64,000 nt of DNA from the IMG/VR virus record IMGVR_UViG_3300029922_000013, positions 86,859 through 150,858 of that record; one strand, 5' to 3'. The notes beneath the pieces are model-generated. The model saw nothing but the letters and a program-made list of their open reading frames with translations. It was not told the origin of the DNA and searched no databases. Shown in pieces: positions 56,044 through 64,000 of the stretch. The DNA is from a virus. Within the stretch, counting starts at the first letter, position 1, and the number at the start of each line of letters is the position of its first letter. A program made the position numbers and the translations under genes.

Positions 56044-56345
56044 TCGCTCTCCTTCAACAAAATATCCAGCTTAGCATGCAATCCGGCCACATTCTCTCTA
56101 TCCCGGTCAACTTGACGATTTTGAGACATCATAATAATTGGACTCTGCATGGTACTTACAACAGTCAAAAATAAGTTAAGTAAAATAAACGGATATTCAT
56201 CAAACTTGTGGAATAGTACCAAGCAGGTGTTAAGTAGTACCCATACGAAAATGCCTAGGGAGAACCAAAATACGAACCCCCATGAACCGCAAAATTCTGC
56301 GATATGATCGGACCAACGCTGAGCTAAAGTTCTTTTGTCTTCCAT
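56040..56345 (-). CDS. DUF1003-like membrane protein
   Basis: GSWGF...FDEYPFILLNLFL...QSPIIMMSQNRQ signature. Confidence 0.82.
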   Translation of the reverse strand: MEDKRTLAQRWSDHIAEFCGSWGFVFWFSLGIFVWVLLNTCLVLFHKFDEYPFILLNLFLTVVSTMQSPIIMMSQNRQVDRDRENVAGLHAKLDILLKESE

Positions 56346-56346
56346 A

Positions 56347-56553
56347 TTATTCTTCCTCATCCCACCGATATCCTGATCCACCATCGCGCCACACTTTCTG
56401 GTGGATTTCATGGCTGAAGGGCGGAAGCATTCCATGGTCTTCCAGTTTTTGGAGAACTTTAGAATATATTTCATAATCTGTATTACAGCACATGCAATTC
56501 ATATGTTCTACAGTCTCAGACCAAAGAATTTGGACCATTTCGTCACGCTTCAC
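56347..56553 (-). CDS. Hypothetical protein
   Basis: Coupled ORF, GGAGG RBS. Confidence 0.45.
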   Translation of the reverse strand: MKRDEMVQILWSETVEHMNCMCCNTDYEIYSKVLQKLEDHGMLPPFSHEIHQKVWRDGGSGYRWDEEE

Positions 56554-56816
56554 AAGTCTTCCTCCGGATCAAATTTACCACCCCGTTGAACTATCTCCGA
56601 GTCTTCTAGAATACCTTCGCTATTAGCACAAGCCCGTAATCGATAGGTATGACCGCAGTGGCTTAGCGAGTTACCTGTAAAATATCCTTCGTTGTCAATT
56701 CTAACCCACTTATACATGTAAACCTTCTTCCTTCGCAGAGCGGCTACATAATGGAATACCTTGAGAACGTCGTATTCTTTAATTTCCCGACCTTTTTTAT
56801 CAAAGAATTTATTCAT
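56550..56816 (-). CDS. YopX-like small protein
   Basis: FFDKKGREIKEYDVLK pattern. Confidence 0.5.
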   Translation of the reverse strand: MNKFFDKKGREIKEYDVLKVFHYVAALRRKKVYMYKWVRIDNEGYFTGNSLSHCGHTYRLRACANSEGILEDSEIVQRGGKFDPEEDL

Positions 56817-57169
56817 ACCTTCTTCAAGCTCCGCTCAGACACATAAGTCCTATACTTACCATAGCGCATCTTGAACTCAACATAAACGTTGTTTAGGTCT
56901 TTCGCATCAACCCATTTGTTGGGGTCTTCCTTGGAGGGTTCAATATCAGCAGCTCCATAGGCTAATACTTTGCCTACAGGCATCTTTTTGGTCAAGTAAT
57001 GAGATAGCCAATTGGCTACGTCCCCGTAGTCTTTTTCCATGAGTTCCGTGTGTCCTGGAACTAGATTCAACTCATTAAGATGTTCTACGTACCACTTAAC
57101 CAATTCTGGTTTGGCCTGAACCTTATCTTCAACCTTCAACTTATTCTTCTTACCCTTTTTATAAACCAT
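56813..57169 (-). CDS. Hypothetical protein
   Basis: Probable start MVYKK. Confidence 0.5.
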   Translation of the reverse strand: MVYKKGKKNKLKVEDKVQAKPELVKWYVEHLNELNLVPGHTELMEKDYGDVANWLSHYLTKKMPVGKVLAYGAADIEPSKEDPNKWVDAKDLNNVYVEFKMRYGKYRTYVSERSLKKV

Positions 57170-57170
57170 A

Positions 57171-57434
57171 TCAATTCCCCTTCTTAGTCGTTGGCGTAGT
57201 GGTAACACCTGTTTTAAGTTGTTCTACGATACCTAAAGTTGACATATGAAATCCAATCTCATGGATGCTGAAGCAATTATCGCATGCCAAACACACGGCA
57301 TCATTCCCAGCATAGTAATCCCTTGGGCCTTGTTCCTCATACACTTCTCTGGTGCCACACATAGGACAATAATACTCTGTCTTTTCCCATACTTCTTCGT
57401 AATGATGCGTTGAATATTCTCTAATGACTTTCAT
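57171..57434 (-). CDS. Zinc-ribbon protein
   Basis: CPMCG...CLAC. Confidence 0.6.
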   Translation of the reverse strand: MKVIREYSTHHYEEVWEKTEYYCPMCGTREVYEEQGPRDYYAGNDAVCLACDNCFSIHEIGFHMSTLGIVEQLKTGVTTTPTTKKGN

Positions 57435-57811
57435 CCTATTTCCTTTCCAAGTTTAGCCAGAACTTTCAGGGTGATCTTATGTCCGTCACAGTAACCCCAT
57501 TCTTTGCCGTCCCAAGTGCAAGCACATCCCATCTCAAATTCTGCACAAACAAGGGCTGGGTCATTCCAAATCTTAAGGGCGCTCTCCGCTTCTTTTAAAA
57601 GCCCTCTCAGCTGATCTCTATCCCACAAAGCGTTTTTGAGAGCAGCATCGTATTGTTCTGCAATAAATTTACCTGCATTTTCGAGATCTTGGCACTTGGC
57701 CTTTAGCTCAGCATTCTCATCTGCCAACGTTTTAGGGTGGTAGTATTCGTCCAGTGATTGGGCGCAAATCGAACAAACACCCACGATATCTTTGTTATGG
57801 AAGCAACTCAT
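57431..57811 (-). CDS. Coiled-coil / Cys-rich hypothetical protein
   Basis: Coupled ORF. Confidence 0.5.
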   Translation of the reverse strand: MSCFHNKDIVGVCSICAQSLDEYYHPKTLADENAELKAKCQDLENAGKFIAEQYDAALKNALWDRDQLRGLLKEAESALKIWNDPALVCAEFEMGCACTWDGKEWGYCDGHKITLKVLAKLGKEIG

Positions 57812-58431
57812 TCTTTCTCCTTTGGACACAATACTTTCTCCAGAACCTTATAAGCCAAAGCGCCGTCCTGAGAATCGTTATCCACAATATCAAAGGCCTC
57901 TCTAGCCGCCTTATTTAAAAGGCTAAGTTGTTTAGCAAGTTCTCTATTCTCCTCATCTTTATTGGCAATTTCAACCCGATAAGCCCGCAGTTCCTTCCTG
58001 AGATAGGAGTGAGCCTCATTTTCATCTGCAAACTTTTGGCCAGCTAGCGTTTCTGGTACCCAGCGCCAGTTCTTGACTTCTTTTTGGGCTTTTTCGCACT
58101 TTTCTTTCCAAGCCAAGGCCAAACCAATTTGAACTTCGAGCTGATTCTTGAGATCTTCATTTTCTTGAGCAAACTTTACATTGGTTTGTTCCAATTCCCC
58201 TTGGCGACCTTTGTGAGTCAAGGCTTCGATCTCTTGATTGAGTCGGTCAACTTCTTGTTTATGATCATCAATAGTTGCTTCGTGTATGCTTACTCCCATA
58301 ACTCTAAACCTCCTATTGAGTTCCTGCATTTTAGCCATCGTGTTTAGTGCCTTGGCTTCTTTGCAACACATGCATCTTTCATCGAAGGATATTCCATGAT
58401 CACTGCACCAATGACTTACTTCTGTGCTCAT
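57808..58431 (-). CDS. Coiled-coil protein with N-terminal Cys/His cluster
   Basis: CSDH...CMCC followed by heptad-rich body. Confidence 0.55.
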   Translation of the reverse strand: MSTEVSHWCSDHGISFDERCMCCKEAKALNTMAKMQELNRRFRVMGVSIHEATIDDHKQEVDRLNQEIEALTHKGRQGELEQTNVKFAQENEDLKNQLEVQIGLALAWKEKCEKAQKEVKNWRWVPETLAGQKFADENEAHSYLRKELRAYRVEIANKDEENRELAKQLSLLNKAAREAFDIVDNDSQDGALAYKVLEKVLCPKEKE

Positions 58432-58704
58432 CTAAAACCCCTGAAATTCTTCGAGTTTTTCATATTCACATCGTTTGATCTCAACCCGAGTTACTGTGTA
58501 CTGCGTACCTACATCCATTTGTTGGATCATTTCGAATACACCTTCTGCATTGGTTTCCAGATAAGAGTCTTCGTCATTGGATATACGCCAAGCAGGAATT
58601 ACGGCGTAATAATAGTCTTCGTAACAATGCAAATGACAGCCACCCTGTTGGACCATTTGACCAGGCATCTCTTCCTTACAATGGTGACAGTGAAATTCAA
58701 GCAT
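58432..58704 (-). CDS. Hypothetical Cys/His protein
   Basis: CHHC...HLHC. Confidence 0.5.
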   Translation of the reverse strand: MLEFHCHHCKEEMPGQMVQQGGCHLHCYEDYYYAVIPAWRISNDEDSYLETNAEGVFEMIQQMDVGTQYTVTRVEIKRCEYEKLEEFQGF

Positions 58705-58909
58705 CTTCGCTCACTACCAATGTGAGAGGTTCGTACTTTTCTTTAAGTTTGTCATACTCACGCATCCAGGATATGCAAAGGGTTTCCAGCTCCTCATTAT
58801 TTTGGTTAAGTACTTTAATTTCCTTTAGCAAATCTCCAATCATATTGTACTCCATCGAGTCATTAAAGGATGTATTACGGTAGTAATGTTCAATTTGTTC
58901 AGTAGTCAT
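58697..58909 (-). CDS. Hypothetical protein, first gene of the leftward block
   Basis: Probable start MTTEQ. Confidence 0.45.
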   Translation of the reverse strand: MTTEQIEHYYRNTSFNDSMEYNMIGDLLKEIKVLNQNNEELETLCISWMREYDKLKEKYEPLTLVVSEDA

Positions 58910-58958
58910 ACCCCCATATTCCACTAAGTGAACCAAAAAGTCAAGCTTAAAATAAAGG

Positions 58959-58987
58959 TTGACAAATGCAACATATAAGGATATCCT
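58959..58987 (+). promoter_or_regulatory. Sigma70-like promoter at the strand-switch point
   Basis: TTGACA-17 nt-TATCCT. Confidence 0.75.
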
Positions 58988-58993
58988 GTACTA

Positions 58994-59181
58994 GAGATGA
59001 GCGGAATGTTAGATGTGAGAGCGGGACGGCGTTAAAGAGGTTAAAGCCCTCAGGTTCAAGAGTAATTACTTGACGGCCGTAAACAGCTCACTGGAAATAC
59101 TCACCGGCCATTGTCGGCGATAGGGAATAATTGGCGCCTACTGAATACCTATCAAAGCTAGCGTAGCGACTAGCCCATCTC
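58994..59181 (+). ncRNA. Candidate ~190-nt multibranched non-coding RNA
   Basis: Begins at the predicted TSS; terminal stem GAGAUG/CAUCUC encloses at least seven further stems; no annotated ORF. Confidence 0.6.
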
Positions 59182-59199
59182 GCTTTTAAAGGAAGAAAC

Positions 59200-59454
59200 A
59201 TGACCCTAATAGAAATTTTGGAAGAGCTTACAAATTACTGTGCCCTGAACACTTCTGAACGAATAGAATTAGATCTTCTCTTACCTGGAACAGTTTTGGA
59301 AGCCTGGAATCACAGTATGCGTCCTATAATGATCTATAATCCTGGAACTCCTTCTGATATGACTCCTACGATATCGGGCACTATCTACGGAACAGGCGGA
59401 ATCGTCAGACTCCACAGACAAGAATTCGTGGAAGTTAGAGATAAAAATAGTTGA
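59200..59454 (+). CDS. Hypothetical protein
   Basis: AAGGA RBS. Confidence 0.5.
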   Translation: MTLIEILEELTNYCALNTSERIELDLLLPGTVLEAWNHSMRPIMIYNPGTPSDMTPTISGTIYGTGGIVRLHRQEFVEVRDKNS

Positions 59455-59478
59455 CTTTTAAAAATAGTATGGTATCGT
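59451..59478 (+). promoter_or_regulatory. Sigma70-like promoter
   Basis: TTGACT-16 nt-(TGG)TATCGT. Confidence 0.6.
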
Positions 59479-59568
59479 AGTTTTGTGATCATGGAAGACC
59501 ACAACAAAGCAGCGGATGTCCTTGGCCCGCATCCTTGGGTGTCCGCTGTGTAAATTTTTGGAGGTAGT

Positions 59569-59934
59569 ATGTCTAATCTAGTCAAACATGCAGAACAAGA
59601 AATGCGAATCGCTGGCCTTTATGATGAAGGCGCTGATTATGATGGCATGATTCCAGATGCTGTCGTAGAAATTGTCAAGGTATTCGCAGCTCAAGGACAT
59701 TCCGGCATGTCTGCTTCTATTGTAACTTCCATTCTAGAAAGAGTCCTAAGATATAAGGTTCTTGAACCCATCAATTCAGATCCTCAATATTGGATGGAAG
59801 TTTCTGCTGAACAAATGGGCAGAGCGGGAGTTTGGCAATCCACTAGAGATCCTGGCTTCTTCTCAGAGGACGGTGGAACTACATTTTACAGTTTGGATGA
59901 CCCAGAAAAGAAGAATTGGCCAAAGAGGTTCTAA
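59569..59934 (+). CDS. Hypothetical phage protein (QGHSGMSA motif)
   Basis: GGAGG RBS; FAAQGHSGMSA. Confidence 0.65.
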   Translation: MSNLVKHAEQEMRIAGLYDEGADYDGMIPDAVVEIVKVFAAQGHSGMSASIVTSILERVLRYKVLEPINSDPQYWMEVSAEQMGRAGVWQSTRDPGFFSEDGGTTFYSLDDPEKKNWPKRF

Positions 59935-59935
59935 T

Positions 59936-60166
59936 ATGACAAAAAATGACTTTACTATGTTTTTAGGGAATATCTTCAAGAAATGGTCCGTAACTGAGAA
60001 TCAGAAGACTAATACTATTACAGTTAAAGTGGATGGACCTATGCTAGCCCACGACGTTATCTATTTAACAGGTTTTGCTCCAGCTAGCGTGCGCGTGGAG
60101 TTCTGTACCATGAACTGGTTCGAGCGACGTTTCACTGAAAACAGGAGCTGGAAGGTTAAGAAATGA
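59936..60166 (+). CDS. Hypothetical protein
   Basis: Probable start MTKNDF after GAGG. Confidence 0.5.
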   Translation: MTKNDFTMFLGNIFKKWSVTENQKTNTITVKVDGPMLAHDVIYLTGFAPASVRVEFCTMNWFERRFTENRSWKVKK

Positions 60167-60360
60167 CCAGCATCTTAGACCAACTACAGAAGCTTAATCT
60201 GATGCAAACTATAGCAGATATAGAGAATATGGACAAGCAACCTTCTTTGTGGTATGGTCACTTTAAGTCAATAAATGGCAGAGAGCCTACCCAAGAAGAA
60301 ATTGATTTGGAATTAGCTGGATTATACGATACCTTAAACTGGCTAGACACACATGAGTGA
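60163..60360 (+). CDS. Hypothetical protein
   Basis: ATGA-coupled. Confidence 0.5.
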   Translation: MTSILDQLQKLNLMQTIADIENMDKQPSLWYGHFKSINGREPTQEEIDLELAGLYDTLNWLDTHE

Positions 60361-60559
60361 AGAAGACCAAATCCTTCTAGAAGTTAGAGAGCTTATGGGT
60401 TGGACAAAGAGATATGCAGAGCTTTGGTATACTTTACCTAATTCGAATTTTGGAAATGTTAGTCCAAAACAGATGGTTGATGTGGGACGTGCGCACAAAG
60501 TATTTCAGTTCATATCAGCCGCAAGAGAAGAAAACTTTCCTCCGAAGGATTCAAAATGA
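60353..60559 (+). CDS. Stand-alone Xre/MbcA/ParS antitoxin C-terminal-like domain
   Basis: AELWYTLPNSNFGNVSPKQMV...G...V pattern (W..PN..FG..SP). Confidence 0.65.
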   Translation: MSEEDQILLEVRELMGWTKRYAELWYTLPNSNFGNVSPKQMVDVGRAHKVFQFISAAREENFPPKDSK

Positions 60560-60804
60560 CCCAAGAAGACCTAAAGTTTCTAGAAGAAGTGATCTCCAAG
60601 GCATCTCCTAAATTTGGACCTTACACGTCTAATTACCCTTTCTATGCGGACGTTACCAAACCTGCTCCTAGCATGTCCAAGCACGACCACGAAAGACCTA
60701 CGTACTGGCGTATAGAAGACGCTGTGTTTATAGCTGTCGCCCGTGAGTTCCTACCGAAATTGGTAGAAGAAGTTAAAAGGCTTCAAAAGGTAGAGAATGC
60801 CTAG
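60556..60804 (+). CDS. Ead/Ea22-like phage protein
   Basis: DAVFIAVAREFLPKLVEEVKRL. Confidence 0.55.
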   Translation: MTQEDLKFLEEVISKASPKFGPYTSNYPFYADVTKPAPSMSKHDHERPTYWRIEDAVFIAVAREFLPKLVEEVKRLQKVENA

Positions 60805-61094
60805 ACTCGTGTATACTCAAGAAGACTTGGGTAAGATGGACCATGAAGTATATGAACACTTAATGTTCGCCATCAATACTCGTTTTTGGCATATGCTAGG
60901 GATTGACTGGAAAACGTATATAGAGTACTACCAAGACCCGGTAACCAAAGAAATGGTGATTGAATGGGAATGAAAGTACATAAACACTTGACTTCTGGAA
61001 TAACTCATTGTATGCTGGGCTTAGGAACAAAGCCAATTTGGATTACTCTTCATTGGACCAACGTAACGTGTAAGAAGTGTCTTGGGAGGAAGAA

Positions 61095-61337
61095 ATGAAT
61101 AAACTAATTTTGTTTATTATTTTAGTGTCTATGCCGGTTCTTGCCGAAGAACGATACTACCACTACATGGACTGTGTTAAGGTTGTGAGTGGATTTTTTG
61201 AAGGATGTAAAGGCAAAACGGTAAGTTGGCGCTATGTGGGTGAAGTTACCTACAGTGTAGAGTTGCAGTGCAAAGGACATTCCACAATTGAAAGTTTTAT
61301 AAGTTTGGATCTTAGGCCAGCTAAAGGATGTTTATAA
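61095..61337 (+). CDS. Secreted small beta protein
   Basis: MNKLILFIILVSMPVLA signal peptide; GGAGG RBS. Confidence 0.55.
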   Translation: MNKLILFIILVSMPVLAEERYYHYMDCVKVVSGFFEGCKGKTVSWRYVGEVTYSVELQCKGHSTIESFISLDLRPAKGCL

Positions 61338-61489
61338 TATATGAAAACACTAGTAATTGCGACACAAGGTATTTTGTTAGGCGTAGGTATTCAGGGTCTA
61401 TTCGAGTCAAATCCTCGCTTATGGCTAGCTATTATAATTCTAAATCCAGTGCTGACATGCGTATATTCGCTGTTGGATAGGAAATAGAT

Positions 61490-61702
61490 ATGGCCAAAAC
61501 AACAACCGCAAAAGAACTTCTTGACTTTTTAGAACAAGTAGTACATGATGGTTATGGTGAAGCGGAAGTCCTGCTCGATACTGAAGCTAGAACTTTTGAT
61601 TATCATATGGCTAAAGTAGGTAGAGCTTACGTAAATAACGAAACCGATCCAGAGTATCCATTCGTAAGTTTACATGAACAAAGAAACATTAAAGGAGAAT
61701 AA
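61490..61702 (+). CDS. Hypothetical protein
   Basis: AGGA RBS. Confidence 0.5.
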   Translation: MAKTTTAKELLDFLEQVVHDGYGEAEVLLDTEARTFDYHMAKVGRAYVNNETDPEYPFVSLHEQRNIKGE

Positions 61703-61703
61703 A

Positions 61704-61949
61704 ATGGCACGCAGATACAACTTTCCAAATCGTAAAGAAGCCCGTAAAGCATCAGCACAAACTAGACAAGAAGCCTCAGATAAGCTCACTACAGAACAAA
61801 AGCTGGCTAAAGCTACTCCTGGTTCTAGGGAGTACAATAGGCTTCTAACCAAGGTAGGGACGGTGCCTAAGCCTAACAAGAAGTCTAAGAATAAGGCTTT
61901 AGACGCACTTGCAGTAGAAACCGAAAATCTAGGTGTGGAGTTTAAGTAA
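61704..61949 (+). CDS. Small basic protein
   Basis: AAGGAG RBS; K/R-rich. Confidence 0.6.
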   Translation: MARRYNFPNRKEARKASAQTRQEASDKLTTEQKLAKATPGSREYNRLLTKVGTVPKPNKKSKNKALDALAVETENLGVEFK

Positions 61950-61950
61950 T

Positions 61951-62262
61951 ATGATCACTAACAATACACAAATGACAACTACCCCAGCTAAGCTCAGTCC
62001 GGAAAATTTTTGCTATTGGCTTCAAGGCCTATTTGAGCTGACAGATACGGTAGCATTAACCGAAAAACAAGTAAAACAAATCAAAGACCATCTTGGATAT
62101 GTATTTAACACAGTCCATGTTCCAACCACTGTAACTATTGCAACACCTCCAGCTTCTCCCTACCTTCCTGGTTATGGTGGGCCTACATCTGGTACCACTA
62201 CTATCTCTTGTGGAAATATTCTCGATAGTGGTACATTACCTTTCATCTCTACAGTTTGTTAA
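61951..62262 (+). CDS. Hypothetical protein
   Basis: FCYWLQGLFEL...IKDHL motif; low-complexity tail. Confidence 0.55.
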   Translation: MITNNTQMTTTPAKLSPENFCYWLQGLFELTDTVALTEKQVKQIKDHLGYVFNTVHVPTTVTIATPPASPYLPGYGGPTSGTTTISCGNILDSGTLPFISTVC

Positions 62263-62274
62263 AAAGGAGTAAAT

Positions 62275-62496
62275 ATGTCAGAACGTGCAAAGAAAGTATT
62301 CGAAAGTCGTGGGTTAGATGGTCAGGAAGAGCACATGGCTCGCATTAAAGCTGCTGCGGAAGTACTTTGGGACGAACTAGATAACATTTCTGTTTATCCT
62401 GGTAATTCTGAAGGGATGCGTTTGATTAGTTTGGCCAAGACTTCTTTGGAGCAGACTGTCATGTGGGGCGTTAAATCGCTATCGAGGAATCACTAA
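62275..62496 (+). CDS. Acb2/Tad1-like helical hairpin protein (candidate nucleotide-signal sponge)
   Basis: RLISLAKTSLEQTVMWGVKSL helix; 73 aa; AAGGAG RBS. Confidence 0.6.
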   Translation: MSERAKKVFESRGLDGQEEHMARIKAAAEVLWDELDNISVYPGNSEGMRLISLAKTSLEQTVMWGVKSLSRNH

Positions 62497-62789
62497 TGAA
62501 AGACTACGAGAACGAGCTAAGTATTGTAAGGGAAGCTCTCGCAAAAAGTATGGAGAGTTTTATAGGTGAAAAGCTTACGTCAGCAGCATTAGTAGATATA
62601 GAACACGTTATCCTAATGCAGCTTCACGACCTAATTAGTAGGGGGATCGTCTCCAATCCTAAATTGCCAGTAGTTAGGGTTAAGTCTAACAATGTGGACA
62701 GAAGCGTATCCGTAAAATTCTTCGATTCAGATACAAACGAAGAAATATCACTACAAGATTTGCTTTTAGAGGAGAAGATAGGAACATGA
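62496..62789 (+). CDS. Hypothetical protein
   Basis: Coupled ORF. Confidence 0.5.
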   Translation: MKDYENELSIVREALAKSMESFIGEKLTSAALVDIEHVILMQLHDLISRGIVSNPKLPVVRVKSNNVDRSVSVKFFDSDTNEEISLQDLLLEEKIGT

Positions 62790-63001
62790 AAGACCATGAC
62801 GAAGACTATGAGGGGCGGATTTTTACAGTTGAAGTGACCAACAATGGTTTTCTACTTGTAAACAATAACACCAATGTTACGGGCTGGAAAAGCAGACACT
62901 TCAATAATTTTACGGATCTGGTGGACAGTCTTGCAGGAGCGGTGGGCATCCTAGATTCAGGCGAAATCGTAAGTAATATACAAAATGGATATAAATTTTA
63001 A
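62786..63001 (+). CDS. Hypothetical protein
   Basis: Coupled ORF. Confidence 0.5.
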   Translation: MKDHDEDYEGRIFTVEVTNNGFLLVNNNTNVTGWKSRHFNNFTDLVDSLAGAVGILDSGEIVSNIQNGYKF

Positions 63002-63002
63002 T

Positions 63003-63179
63003 ATGGCAAAAACTAAACAAAAGAAAATCATGTGTCCAGAAACCGATGTTGTTGATCAACTAACACCAGCTCAAGCAAGGGCTCTTCTTAAGGATCTTAT
63101 GGAAAAGTTAGACGAACTAGCTATGGACGATTTCTTTGGTACCGAAGGGTGGAGAGAATATCTAGGTTATGGAAGTTAA
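63003..63179 (+). CDS. Hypothetical protein
   Basis: Probable start MAKTK; DDFFGTEGW motif. Confidence 0.5.
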   Translation: MAKTKQKKIMCPETDVVDQLTPAQARALLKDLMEKLDELAMDDFFGTEGWREYLGYGS

Positions 63180-63315
63180 TATGGAAATTGAAGTTCAAGT
63201 TTCAAATTGCGCGTGCACTGAAGAATCGGACGTTGGCACTCATTGGGTTAAAGACGGAGTGGTTTACAGTGAGTACTATTGTTTTAAGTGTTACAATAAG
63301 AAGGGTAATAGTTGA

Positions 63316-63876
63316 GTGATTTACTTCAGTAGTGATTCTCATTATTTTCACCGAAACATCATTACCTATACTAATAGGCCGTTTAAAGATATCGAGCACA
63401 TGAATGAAGCTCTAATCCAAAATTGGAATTCGGTTGTGAAGCCTGAAGACGAGATCTGGGTTCTGGGAGATTTTTCGTTTGGCAAGCCAGATAAGACTGC
63501 TGAGATCGTAAAAAGACTTAATGGTTACAAGAGGCTTGTTTTGGGGAACCATGATAAAAAGAGTCATTTATGGGGATTTGACGAGGTGATTACCGGTAAC
63601 ACCTCTACTAAAATCGGCGACACTTCAGTGTTACTAAGCCACTATCCATATCCGCCTAGACCAGAAGAAAATTCTGATCAGTACGACGTAAGATATCTCG
63701 ATCGTAGGTACGAAGACAGAGGAGCCTGGTTGCTTCATGGCCATAGCCACGGCAATAACGGCAAAATGAAAAGAAAAATGATTGATGTTGGAGTAGACTG
63801 TTGGAACTATACACCGATTTCCATTGACTTCATCCAAGAACTTATGGCAAAATATCCAGAAGGATTTAAAGAGTAG
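63316..63876 (+). CDS. Calcineurin-like metallophosphoesterase
   Basis: SDSH, LGDF, GNHD, SHYP, HGHSH motifs. Confidence 0.88.
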   Translation: MIYFSSDSHYFHRNIITYTNRPFKDIEHMNEALIQNWNSVVKPEDEIWVLGDFSFGKPDKTAEIVKRLNGYKRLVLGNHDKKSHLWGFDEVITGNTSTKIGDTSVLLSHYPYPPRPEENSDQYDVRYLDRRYEDRGAWLLHGHSHGNNGKMKRKMIDVGVDCWNYTPISIDFIQELMAKYPEGFKE

Positions 63877-63878
63877 CA

Positions 63879-64000
63879 TAGGGGTGCAAAGCGCAATTCG
63901 TTGGGATCGCTGTTAAATGGCCTTAACCAGCCCCATTGGAAACAGGTGCCTTAAGGATGCTTAGGGTAAACGAGACGTGGACACACTATCGGCCTGTTTG
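63879..64000 (+). ncRNA. Candidate structured RNA, truncated by the window end
   Basis: Several stems with G-U pairs that fit the + strand; no annotated ORF. Confidence 0.4.

Noticed and set aside
56346-56474. Extended N-terminus of the DUF1003 ORF
   Set aside because: It overlaps the upstream gene; GAGGA RBS and the family signature favour the start at 56345.
60988-61016. Sigma70-like promoter TTGACT-17-TATGCT
   Set aside because: It lies inside a plausible coupled small ORF (60970-61098, with CKKC) and could be chance, so it was not called.
63880-64000. tmRNA 5' end (GGGGTG...TTCG)
   Set aside because: It does not match the GG.UUCGAC pattern and the 3' end is outside the window, so it cannot be supported.
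1-64000. Stop-codon reassignment, CRISPR array, tRNA genes, introns or inteins
   Set aside because: Long genes are intact in the standard code and end in all three stops; no regularly spaced repeats or cloverleaves were seen; helicase and RNR have no insertions.

Overview
The window is a 64-kb internal segment of a large lytic dsDNA phage with a contractile (myovirus-type) tail, read in the standard genetic code. Its host is probably Gram-negative, since it encodes an outer-membrane beta-barrel and lipoproteins. Layout: (1) 1-4.7 kb, + strand, a replication module with DnaB-like helicase, AEP-type primase, HExxH peptidase and CYTH enzyme. (2) 4.8-38.8 kb, - strand, a late structural module with six fibre/decoration proteins sharing modules, a tube-like protein, baseplate wedge, giant baseplate-J, a fused initiator-LysM-gp25 protein, spike, hub and tape measure. 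Small antisense islands interrupt it (lytic transglycosylase, zincin). (3) 39-58.9 kb, - strand, accessory genes: PagL-like lipid A deacylase, Rrf2 regulator, HAD, GMP reductase/IMPDH, an RNA repair cluster (RNA ligase, PNK/phosphatase, Pol-beta nucleotidyltransferase), class II RNR, dUTPase, PQ-loop and DUF1003 membrane proteins. (4) 59-64 kb, + strand, small genes including an orphan antitoxin-like domain, an Acb2/Tad1-like protein and a metallophosphoesterase. The best novel candidates are: a kink-turn/pseudoknot RNA with c-di-GMP-II-riboswitch-like topology between the PNK and RNA ligase genes; a ~190-nt promoter-driven multibranched ncRNA; the phage-borne PagL homologue with intact catalytic spacing; and a recurrent AATCTTTA late-promoter-like motif. 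All family calls come from motifs recognised by eye; no searches were run.
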